DNA of 64,000 nucleotides from the human T2T-CHM13v2.0 reference genome, Homo sapiens. Each line of letters opens with the position of its first letter. Positions within the stretch are counted from its first letter, which is position 1. Made by a program: the position numbers and the translations under genes. Location of the stretch: the NCBI RefSeq assembly GCF_009914755.1, contig NC_060932.1; one strand, written 5' to 3'. Below are positions 31,706 to 44,085 of the stretch, piece by piece. The notes under the pieces are model-generated. The model did no database searches, was not told the DNA's origin, and saw nothing but the letters and a program-made list of their open reading frames with translations.

Positions 31706-32987
31706 AAATAAGTTGGCTCTTGTACACACTTTAAGTCTGTTTCTTATAGCTAATCAAATATTCCACATAATCCATCTTCTACTTTCTTCATTAGACAATA
31801 CTTTCTCCCCAAATTTGTCTGAGAAAATCCTATATAGAAAGAATAAAGGGAATGTCACTTTGGTCACCAGATCCTAGATAAGGAGTCTTCCTTTGAAACT
31901 TAAGTGATCTTGAAAAAATGAAAGTAAAGTTGTACTTCTTTATATGGCAGTAACTGAAAATGTACATTAAAATTAAAATTAAAATTTTGGTGCAACATAA
32001 ATGTATTTGTTTACTAGATAGGAGATTAACAGAAAACCTCTATTGAATTTAACAATCATTGTTTAGAACTGATGCCAAATTAAAGCTACTGATTGATTCT
32101 GCAGCTGTAATACAGCACCAAGATTTGATGAGGTATTGTCATCAATGTTCGCTTTATTAATAAAGTCATATTTTGGAAGATTTTACCTTCATTAATGATA
32201 ACCTTACATCCAAAACAGACCTTCTCATAATTGCTCCTTCTAATTAAAGTGTGGAATTTCTTTTCAGTTAATTAACCAGCTCTGGGTGAATTTCCCGAAT
32301 TGTGGATTTTCTCACTGAAGAGAAGTATAGGAATGATCCTTTTTTTTCCTCCAAAAATGCTTTTGTCAACAACATTTTAATATCTTATGGTGAAATAACA
32401 TTGTATACATTTACAAACATTCAGAGTGTGTTATCTCAAAGGGCCGCTCTCTTTTCAATTCTAAGTTCAAGCTTAACTGTCCCTAGAAGAGAATTTCGGA
32501 CTACTTCTATTCTTGTTGGTAACTCCCTGTCTGAATTTCTACAGTGTGTGAATCTGCCCTGCTCTTTTTGTGTGCAATTTTAATTAGAATCTTCAGATTC
32601 TAAGCTCTTCTGGGGCTCTTTCTTATATCCATTTGTAGCTCAGGTACTGAACACAGTGTGTGTTTAATGAATACACGTTGTTGATAATGACAGTGTTCAA
32701 GTTTTTGAATTCTAAGAAACTATCCCCAAAGTATTTTAAGTGGTATTACTATTTAAAGAAATCAATCTCCTGATTCACTGAATAAACCTGGCATCATTAT
32801 GGCATTGAGGTTTCAGGATATCAGAATCTCTAAAAGCTGATATTTTAAGTAAAAATTTAACTAGGTCATAATCTGTCATGTTAATGTATAGAATAGGAGA
32901 CTCAAGAATAGCAATTATCTTAGGGTTGAAATTTCATATTTAATTCATTTTCATGTTGCCAATGATATCAAAACGAGTCACCACTTT

Positions 32988-33280
32988 TTAGTACTTGCTA
33001 AGAACTACTGTTATATTTATTATGTAAGTGTATTTATTATGTAATATAATATATTATGTATTACATATTATATTACATATTATATATTACATATATACAT
33101 TATATTACATTATATATTACATATATTACATTATATTACATATTATATAATATATTACATATTATATTACATATTATATAATATATTACATATTATATTA
33201 CATAATTTATTATATTTATTATTAGTACTTGCTAAGAACTACTGTTATATTTATTATATTAAGTACTGTTATATTTATTA
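32988..33280. repeat. AT-rich (TATTACA-type) low-complexity tract framed by a 36-bp direct repeat
   Basis: ttagtacttgctaagaactactgttatatttattat at 32988-33023 and 33222-33257. Confidence 0.9.
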
Positions 33281-33329
33281 AGTAAATATGCTATTACATA
33301 AAAACCAGTCTATAAAGGCAACTTTACAC

Positions 33330-33850
33330 TTTTAATGGCTCCCTCTTTTACTTAGAATAAAATCCAAACCTTTTGTCTTGTCCTCCTAAACCCTCCTCAC
33401 TCTCATTTTGTGCCGCTCCCCACTTGCTCTTTCTTTTTAGTCATATGGCCTTTTTAACTGTCTTCAACCATTGTACTGAGCTCTACCTAACATTAGAGTT
33501 TTGGCACATGCTAATCCCAATGCTTGGAATTCTTTCTCCCTACTCTTCACCAGCTAACTCCTGCTCATTCTTTAAGCTCCAGTTTATCAGATACTTCTCC
33601 TGAGAGTCTTTTCCTAACTCCCTCCCAAATCTAAATGTGGTCCCCTTTTTTGTGATTTCCACAACACCTCTCCCCTGACAATACCCATTTTTGTCCTCCA
33701 TTATCTGTTATTAAAATAGGTAATTACTTATTTAATATATATTTGTATTAAAATGCCTGCCTCCTTCATTAACCATAGTTCCAGGAGGACAGGAGTCACC
33801 TCTAATATGAAAGGCACTTAGTAGTATTTATTGAGTGGATGAATTAATTA
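33330..33850 (+). mobile_element. L2 3' region
   Basis: aatggctccc...cttagaataaaatccaaac, ctaactcctgctcattcttta, atttattgagtggatgaat. Confidence 0.75.
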
Positions 33851-34784
33851 ATACATCAAAAAGGAATTTTAATTATAGCATCAAAACATGATAATTTCTA
33901 AATCATTATTGATTGTAAATGACTTATTTCAAAATAGTTATTCTGAAAAATTATGTCAGAAAAATGTTTTGTGTCTACTTAAAATAGGTTCTTGTCTTTT
34001 TTATAACTTAAATAATATTTAAATGTTTCTTTTATCAATAAGTGGTGACCATTTTTCTCATAGAATTTAAACCTATCTTACTTTTAAGAAGCAAGCATTT
34101 GATTTTGTTAAAAGAGAAATTGAAGACAATATTTAGACTATCAAACATGAAATACTTCAAAACATCAAGCTTGAAACAGGAAAGGCAGATAGTCTTATGG
34201 GACCATTTACCACAAGTATCTTTTGTAGGTGATCAACTAATTCCAAAAGGCCTTCTCCAAACATTCGTATGCTAAGACATGCAGTTTAACAACAAATCCC
34301 ACAGGACTTATTATAGCACTCATTTTTATAATTAATTATATGTAACTATGAATTGATACTTTGCCATTTCATTTCTGATCTTCCCAAATAGATTTAATGT
34401 TTCTTCTAGAGTAGATGCTGTTTCTTAAATTTCTTTACAGTATCCTTAGTGCAGTAAAATGCACATAGGTTGCACAACAATCAGTTGCTAAGTAAACTAA
34501 TTCCTAATTATTTTATTTCATTGAAGGGTCAAAATGCAATAACCAACAGGTAGTTTTGCCCCTGTTGCTTTTACTTGGATTAGGAAATGATTCCAGAAAG
34601 TGACTTGGAGTTTGTACAATGGCTCAGAAGATAGAGAATTTCCCGAGGAACCTTGATATTTATTGAATGCCAATTATATGCCAGAGTTTTCACAGACATT
34701 TATCTCATTTAATACTCCCAACAATTTTATTACACTGGTATTCTTTTTATTTTTCTTCAGTTAAATAAATTGAATCTAAGTTAA

Positions 34785-37095
34785 TTTTTTTAAAGAGACT
34801 TTATTTTTAGAGCAGTTTTAGATTCACAGCAAAATTGAGTGGGAGGTATTGAGATTTCTCATATCCTTCCTGCACCCACCTATGCACAATCCTCTCCCCT
34901 CCATTATCAAACTCTTACACCCAAGTGGTACATTTATTACAATCCATGAACTTATATTGACACAACATTATCATTCAAAGTCCATAATTTGCATTCAATT
35001 TTAGTGGTGTACATTCTATTAGTTTTGACAAATGTATAATGATATGTATCCACCAATACATACCATTTCATGACCCTAAAAATTCCATAGTAATATGCCT
35101 CTTCATCCTTCCTTCCCTACTAACTCCTGGTAACTACTGGTCCTTTTACTGTTTCCATACTTTCACCTTTTTCAGGTGTCATATAGTTGAAATCATATGG
35201 TATGTAGCCTTTTCCAATTGTCTTCTTTCACTTCACAATATCCATTTGAGTTTCCTCCATGACTTTTCATGACTTGATAGTTCATATCTTTTTTTATCAC
35301 TGAATAATATTCCATTGTATAGATATGCCACAGTTTATCCATTCACCTACTGAAGGACATCTTGATTGCTTCCAAGTTTCGGCAATTATGAATAAAGCTG
35401 CTATAAACATTCATGTGCTGTTTTTGAGTGGGCATATGTTTTTAACAAATTCAGGTAAATACAAAGGAGAACAGTTGCTAAATGGTATGGTAAGACTATG
35501 TTTAGTTTTGTAAGAAACTGCCAAATTGTCTTCCAAAGTACCTGTACCATTGTACATTCCCATCTGAAATTAATGATAGTTTCTGTTGCTTCACATCCTC
35601 ACCAATGTTTGGTATTGTCAGTGCTTTCAATTTTAGCCATTTGAATAGCTGTGAATTAGTATCTCATTGCTGTTTTAGTTTCCAAATCAAAAATAACATA
35701 TGATGTGGATCATCTTTTCAAGTGCTTGTTTTCCATTTGCATATCTTCTTTGGTTAGGTGTCTGTTCAGTTCCTTTTTTTCACTTGTTAATTAAGTTATT
35801 CATTTTCCTATTGTTGAGTTTTAAGAATTTTTAAATATATTTTGGATAATAGTCTGTTATTAGGTTATTTTTGGAAAATGTCTTTCTCAGAACAGATGTT
35901 TTTAGTTTTAGTGAATTCCAGCTTATCAATTATTTCTTTCATGTATGGGTACCTTTGGAGTTGTATCTAAAATATCATACTCAAGGTCACCTAGATTTTT
36001 GCCCATGTTATCTTCCAGTAATTATATAATTTTGCATTTTACCTATAGAACTATGATCCATTATAATCTAATTTTTGTGAAGGATATAAGATCTGGTTCA
36101 AATTAAATCTGAATCTACATCTAGATTCATTATTTTTGCATATGGATGCCCAGTTGTTTCATTACCATTTATTTAAAAGACCCTCTTTGCCATTGTATTG
36201 CCTTTATGGCTTTGGCAAAGATCAGTTGACTATATTTATGTGGGTCTGTCTCTTAACTTTCTGTTCAGTTCCATTGATCTATTTTTCTGTTTTTTCACCA
36301 ATACCACACTGTCTTGGTTATGTAGATTAACAGTAAGTCTTGAAGTCAGGCAGTAGCAGTGTTCTAACTTTGTTCCTCTCCTTCAATATTAAGTTGGCTA
36401 GTTTGGGTCCTATGCCCCTCCATATAAGTTTGAGAATCAGTTTGTTGATATATACAAAATGATTTGCTGAGATTTTGATTGGGACTGCATTGACTCTATG
36501 GATCAAACTGGGAAGAACTGACATCTTGACAATGTTGAGTTTTCTTGTCTACAAACATGGAATATCTCTCTATTCATTTACTTCTTTGATTTTGTTCATC
36601 AGAGTTTTGTAATTTTCCTCAAATAGATATAGCACATCTTATTAGATTTATACCTAAGTATTTTATTGATTTCTGTCTTAATTTTTATTATTTCTTTTCT
36701 TCAACTTACACTGGATTTAATTTGCTCTTCTTTTTCTAGTTTTCTAAGGTAGACACTTTATTGATTTTAGATCTTTCTTTTTTTCTAATATATGTATTCA
36801 ATGCTATAAATTTTCTTTTACTTTCACTCCATCCCACAAATTTTGATGTTATATTTTCATTTAATTCAAATTATTTTTAAATTTTTCTTGAGATTTTTTC
36901 TTTGACCCATATATTATTTAGAACTGCATTGTTTAATCTCCAGGTGTTTGGGGATTTTCCAGCTTCCTTTCTGTTATTGATTTTTATTTTATTTCCATTG
37001 TTTTCTGCAGACAGATATTGAATGGTTTCTAATGTTTTAAATTTGTTAAGATGCATTTTATAGCTCAGAATATGGTCTGTCTTGGTCATGTGAGC
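34785..37095 (-). mobile_element. L1MC/MB-like element (3'UTR and ORF2 pieces) within a MIR
   Basis: L1M 3' end ttttagagcagttttagattcacagcaaaattgag; ORF2-like minus-strand peptides (36327..36524, 36877..37089). Confidence 0.85.
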
Positions 37096-37704
37096 TTGAG
37101 AATAAGTTAATCACTAAGACCAAATAACTAGTAAGAGTTGTAACTCAGATTCAAACTGAGATTTACTTGATCCCAAGACTACTCTTTCCAGTATCCCATG
37201 ATACCTTTGAAGAACCAGAGAACAGAAACAGCTATGCAATGGTGGGTATGAACGGTAGGAAAGGAAAGAAATAAAAAGAGAAGGAAATAAGGCCTGAATC
37301 TAGAAGTTGAAATGGTCATCTAGAGAAAGAGATGCTGTGACTTTTCCTTTCACTCCTGCTAAAATTATGATTACATGAACAGCAGACATTACAGTAATCC
37401 CAGAAACTAAACAATGGTTGATACTGCATTCCAACTGATAAAGCTGTCTGTGGTCAGGAAGAGATGTTAACAGTGAAATCCCAGGAAACGCAGGGCAGAA
37501 AAGAGTGACATATCAGATGCACACAATGCAGCTGGTTGGCAGACTGGACAGGTAAGCTGTTGTGAACTCTGGGAAGGACTCACCAAAGACTGAGATGTTG
37601 AGGATAAGGGCAAGCATTTTTGTTTTTTCTTTTGTTTTGTCTTTCATATGCCATCAACGGACTTGAGCATTTAAAAAATATAATTTATATTTATTTAAAC
37701 ATTT

Positions 37705-38940
37705 TAGAGAGTAGGGAGCAAGATGACAGAATCCCCAACTTACCTTCCCTCCACCACAAGGAACAATCTAGAAGTCATCAAAAGACAAAAATGCCTTTGT
37801 GGGAGCTTTAGGATCCATTTAGGAGGTGGTAAAACCCTGATGAAGCCCAAGACTGAGCAGAGATGCTATGAGAAGGCAGGCTCATGACCCAGTGGTAGTT
37901 TCACTAAATGTGGCCCCAGCTGCAGACCAAGGGCAGCCCCAGCCCCCTGTGGACTCAGTTTCAACCCTATTTTGCTGCATTTCTGAAGCCATCCAATCTG
38001 CACATGGATCTAGGAGGAACTATGCTCTCTGTTCCCATGGTAACAAGCCCACTCACTATGGACCCTACTGCAGATTCTAAAGTGGCTCTGTAACCAAGCT
38101 CAAACCCCACTCTAACAAAGTCCTTAAGGCACTCCATTGTTCCCAGGGACTTACACAAGGATCTGCTCAGGGATCCTGTAAAAGCCTACTGAGGGTCTCT
38201 ATGGAGCCACATGCACCCACACTCTTGTTATCCTGCTATCTGTAGACTCAATTACAGACCCAGAAGAGTACCACAACCTGGTTCCAGTCCTGCTCAACTG
38301 TGGTCCCAGAGGCAGTCCTCTCCACCTGGGGATTTGGCAGGATCCACATCTGCTCACACCCCCTGTAATATGCCTGCCAACTGTGTATTCAACTGCGGAA
38401 CTGGTAACAGCCACATGGCCCAGTTCCGGCCCCACTTAAATGCAATATTGGACATAGTCCCATCAGTCTGGAGACCCAGCAGGAGAAGGTTTTTACCTGC
38501 TGAAAACAGTCTGTAAAGACAGAAGGAGATGCTTGTTTCTTCAAATGCATAGACATCAGTGCCAGGCTACACAGATCATGAAGAATCAGGCAAACATGAC
38601 AACTACAAAGGAAATTAATAAACCTTCAATAACTGAGCCCCAAGAATTAGAGATCTATGAATTGCCTGACAAAGATTTTAAAATAATTATTTTAAGGAAA
38701 CTCAGCAAGCTGCAAGAGAATAAAGACAAACTCAACTAAATCAGGAAAACAAAATGAGAAGTTCAACAAAGAGATAGACATATAAAAGAACAAATAAAAA
38801 GTTCTTGAGTTGGAGAATACAATGAATGAAATGAAAATTGCAATAAGGAGAATCAACAGCAGACTTGATCAAGCAGAAGAAAAGACCTGTGAACTCAAAG
38901 ACAGCTCATTTAAAATTATCTAGTCACAGAAGAAAAAAGA
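37705..38940 (+). mobile_element. L1M 5'UTR and ORF1 start
   Basis: ORF 38533..38739 (EIYELPDKDFKIIILRKLSKLQEN) is L1 ORF1p-like. Confidence 0.8.
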
Positions 38941-39552
38941 AGCCTTGGACTAAGAGTCACACCATCAGCTTTCTTGGTTCTCAATGTAAAAACACTAAAA
39001 CTTCCTCATAAGTGAAGAGATGTCCTTTTTGTCCATCTGCATTTGTGAAAAATAAAATTTCTTGAGAGCTTTGCCCCTTGGGTGACTACATATGTAGTGG
39101 TGACCCACTGTGGTTTCTAATCAATCTTGTCAAAGACTTAAGTGGTCCATCATGGTGTTTCAGGTGACCAATTATAATGCTGGGTGCACACAATTACCAA
39201 CCATAGTGATATATGTTTATATACATCACTTGTTGACCTTTTAACTTGTGAATATAGTTCATCTTCTCATAGCTATTGTACCTGTGTGACTGTCATTAGC
39301 ATACCTAAGTGTTTATGCTTGCAAAAATATGTATGTTGTTGCCTATCTTATTATATAAATTGTCCTATGAAGGGTTCCATCATGTTTTTATGTGTTTCTC
39401 AATCCCCTTTTAAAAATATAAACAAATATGTCTTTAAAAAATGTTAATTTATGTTTTCCAGATTATGTTTTTGGGATTTTGATCTTTTGGGATTTCAACA
39501 TTCAGGATTAAGATGTTAGGGATTTTGACTTTCAGGATTAGCATCAGCTTCC
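38941..39552 (+). mobile_element. Ricksha-like (MULE/MuDR) DNA transposon arm with MLT2-like fragment
   Basis: Terminal array of gggatt/aggatt subrepeats at 39455-39545 typical of Ricksha TIRs; MLT2-like ccatcagctttcttggttctc at ~38961-38981. Confidence 0.7.
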
Positions 39553-39947
39553 AAAATGGATACATCTCTGTACACATAGAACCTAAAAAGGCTGTGTCAT
39601 GAAGAAATGGAAAAATCTTGAATGGATCAATGACAAGTAAGGGTATTGAATTAGTAATTAAAAATCTCCCAGCAAAGAAAAGCCCAGGACCAGATGTCTT
39701 TACTGGTATATTTTACCAAACATTTAAAGAAGCACTAATAACTATCCTCTCCAACTGTTACAAAAAAAAATTGAAGAAGAAAGAATGCTTTCAAACTAAT
39801 TTTATAAGGCCAGCAATATCTTGATATTAAAGACTGAGAAGAACACTAACAGAAAAGAAAACTACAGGCCAATATCCCTGATTAAAATTCTCAACAAAAC
39901 ACTAGCAAACTGAATTTAACAGTGCATTAAAAGTATTGTATACTACA

Positions 39948-40228
<281 letters not shown>

Positions 40229-40241
40229 AAAAAAGAAAGAG

Positions 40242-40304
<63 letters not shown>

Positions 40305-40336
40305 AGAAGGAAGGAAGGAAGGAAGGAAGGAAGGAA

Positions 40337-40401
<65 letters not shown>
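40229..40401 (+). repeat. Compound (GAAA)n(GGAA)n(GAAA)n microsatellite from the Alu tail
   Basis: Pure purine tract of ~170 bp. Confidence 0.95.
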
Positions 40402-40402
<1 letters not shown>

Positions 40403-42744
40403 ATTGTAACTATGACCAAGTGGGATTTACCCCTGAGATGCAAAGATTTTCAATATATGTAAGTCAAACAATAATACACCACTTTAACAGAATGAATTTC
40501 TTAAATGATCTTCTCAGTAGATGCAGAAAATCATTCTGCTCATCAAAGGAGACAATCAAAATGGAAAAGCAATCTATGGAATAGTAGAAAACATTTGCAA
40601 ACTATGTATCTGATAAAGGGATATTTACTTTAATATCCAAGATCGATAAGGAACTCTCATAAATCTATACCAAACAAGCCAATAACTCAATTTAAACATG
40701 GGTAAAGAACCTAAATAGACAATTTTTTTCAAAGAAGACAAACAAATGACCGACAGGTAAATGAAAAGGTTCTCACCATCACTAAATCAAGGAAATGCAA
40801 ATCAAAGCCACAGTGAGTTATCACCTCACACATATTAGGATGGCTATTATCAAAGAGTCAAAAGACAGCAAATGGTAGCAAGGATATGGAGAAAAGGGAA
40901 CCCTTGTGCACTATTTCTGGGAATGTAAATTAGTACAGTCATTATGGATAACAGTATGGAGGTTCCTCAAAAAGTTAAAATAGAACAACCATATGATCCA
41001 GAAATCCCACTTCTGATTATATAGCAAAGGAAGTAAAATTGGTATGTTGAAGAGATATCTACACTCCCACATTCCTTGCAGCATGATTCACTATAGCCAA
41101 GATATAGAAACAACCTTACTGCCCACCAACTGATGAATGGATAAAGAAAATGTGTTGTGTATACATACAATGGAATATTTTGCAGTCTTAAAGAACTAGG
41201 AATACCTGCTGTTTGTGACAACATGGAGTACATTATACTAAGCGAAATTAGGCACACAAAGATAAATATTGCATGATCTCACTTATATGTACAATTGTAA
41301 AAAGTCAAACTCATAGAAAACAGTAGAATGATAGTTGCCAGGGACTGGGGGTGGGGGAAATGGGAAGATATTGGTCAAGTGGTATAAGCTTTCAGTTTTA
41401 AGATGAATAATTTCTGGACACCTAATATAGAGCATGGTGATTATAGCTAATAATAATGTATTTTATACTTGAAATTTGCTAACAAAATAAAGCTTAAATG
41501 TTCTCACTACACTTTAAAAAAAAACCCTGTAACTCTGTGAGGTAATGAATTTGTTAATTAGCTTAATTGTAGTAATTATTTATCAATACATATGTATATC
41601 AAAACATTACATTGTATATGTTAAATGTATAGACTTTTAATTTGTCAATTATACCACAATAAAGCTGAAAGGAAGGGTAAGAGTAGAGTAGGGTGAAAAT
41701 GTAGGCATTGCTTTATTAAGGCAGTACTTTAAAAACCTACCGGAAGAGGGATACTTAATTTATTCCTGTGTAAACAACATTTATGACATCGATTGCTTTT
41801 TAAATCTTAGGTGTTTTAAGTGGAAATTAAAACACTGCCCAACACCTTCAAAAAAATTTTTTTCCAACATAGTGGCAAAGCCACAAGAAGATTGGAAGTA
41901 TCTATTCTGTAGTTCAGATATTTTCAGATAACAGGAGGAAGAAGAAATTATGGTAAATGAATTGAACAAAATGACTATATATGAAAGATAAAAAATCACT
42001 CTAATAAGTTTTTATTCATATACACATGTGTGTACACATGAATATAGGAATAAATGAAATGTACAGTAAAATTCCCAGAAAGTACAACTATCTGGTAGCA
42101 ATGTCTGTATTTGCAAAGATGCTAGAATTATTCATGGGGAGATTCTCTTTAATAAAAAATCTAGCTCTAAAAATTATTTGGTAAATATTCTTTCTGAGTT
42201 TCAGTGTGAAAATGCAGAATCTTTTTCTGACTATTTCAAAAATTATTAGAGGTTTTAAAATGTCACTTCACTGTCTCTGCACATGTTGTTATTGAAAATA
42301 GAAATTTAAGTGTTGTCACTTCTGCTTTTTGCATAATTCATTATAAAATTCTTCCAAACACATTTTAGAGACCATGATATTATGACAGATACCACCTTCA
42401 AGATTTAAAATACATTGCAAACAATTAAAGTATGCTGTTACTAACATATGTAGGTCTTTTTAAAAAGCTTACATCTTTCTCTTTAAAAGATTTTTGGTTA
42501 CTTTGAACTTTTAAAAATGAGTATGGTTTTACAAGAGTTTTTCTAAATTGCCTAAGCTATTAGAATGTGACATTTTGATAATGAAATATTTTAGAGGGAA
42601 CTTCGAGCTGGCAGTAAACAAAAAAATGGAATAGATAAATGGAGCCACAGAATTTATCAATTTACCATAGACTCCAAATGTCTCAACGAGAGGAAACAAG
42701 TCATCCATAATTCCTGCTCTCCCCACTTCTGAAAGGACTTATAA

Positions 42745-42965
42745 TGGGCTTTTCTCACAATGTGCTCTAAGGAACAGTGCTCCATAAGATGGTCATTACC
42801 AAAAGATTTGGTGGTCAAAACAGCTAGGAAAATGCTGCATGTTAGATCCACCCTCTCAGATTCCTCATGCACATTAGCTTAGTAGAGTCTCCAAAAAGTG
42901 CTGAAGTTAGGCAGATCTGTTTTGCCATGCTTAATTTTTTCTATATTTATTGGATAATAGAAACC
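42745..42965. mobile_element. MER103-like hAT fragment
   Basis: ttctcacaatgtgctctaaggaacagtg...tggtcaaaacagctaggaaaatgctgcat. Confidence 0.5.
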
Positions 42966-43559
42966 TTTTCTCCCCTGGGGAGAATCTAGTGGTTTCCTTC
43001 AGGCCTCCAAATCCAGGTAACAAAAAATTTTATATTTATAAAGGGCTTTCTATATAAGCTTTTCCAAGGCTTTAACCTGAGAACTACAACATGAACAACC
43101 AAATAAACTAACAAACAAAAAACCTAAAAAGGGTAAAAAAAAAAAAAGAGTTATAACAACATTAAAACATATTTTATTTAAAGCCTATTTATAGTTCCAA
43201 TATTTGAATGACTTCATGTACAAAAATGGTTTATGTTTTGGGAAAGAAAGCAAGTCCCAAATATGAAGGAATACAAAAATTAGTCTAATTGGTCTTATTT
43301 TGACTCATTATTAAAAACTACACTCTCTGTAGTAAGCATCCAATGAGTTTAATGAGTGCCCCATGTATGTTTTGACATAGACATAAATGGCTTTCATACT
43401 GTGTTATTTTCATGAATGCAAAGAATGATCCATAGTATAGTGGAGAATTTTCTTTCCAAGTGTCAGTGTTGCTAGATCTTATTTATTCTCATCAAGTTTT
43501 TGACAAATTTTTAACTAGTGTGAAAACACATATCACAGCCAGTGTCATCTGAGTGGGAT

Positions 43560-44085
43560 GAGCAAACAAGCATTCCAAGATGTACTGGCCCTTCATCATT
43601 ACAAAGCAAGATCAATTTTGACCTGACCTTTCACATTCTGTTCCACTCTGCTTTCCGTGACATCACTCAAGCTCTGAACATGCAAACGGACGCAGAAATG
43701 ACATTTTGCTGCCAACAGTGACTCTAACAAAAGAAAAGCCAAGAGAAGATAAATATTCTACCTTTAAAGCTATAGCTCTAAAGAATGTCGGTGTTTAAAG
43801 TATTATAAAAAGGTCGACAATTGTTTTTTATTTAAGCTTGTATAATTGGGCAATTAATCTAATTGAAGGGACAAAAACATGCAGAAGTCAATGTGTCCAC
43901 GATAAATGTTTTAACCAGTGGCATTTGAAGATCTTTGTGAACGAATGGCCCACATCTAATTGGTCATAAAACGATCAGATCAGATCACATTAACTGAGCT
44001 CCGGGTATGAACCAAGTAACCTGATAATGTAGGAAATCAGCACAGTCGATGAGTTTCTTTGTACACATTGTTTAACATTGCTACT
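43560..44085. promoter_or_regulatory. Candidate conserved enhancer-like element
   Basis: Unique sequence, retained CpGs, clustered homeobox/SOX/FOX/nuclear-receptor motifs. Confidence 0.45.

Noticed and set aside
39455-39545. Short spaced repeats as a CRISPR-like array
   Set aside because: Units are ~6-bp degenerate subrepeats of a transposon TIR in eukaryotic DNA; no cas genes.
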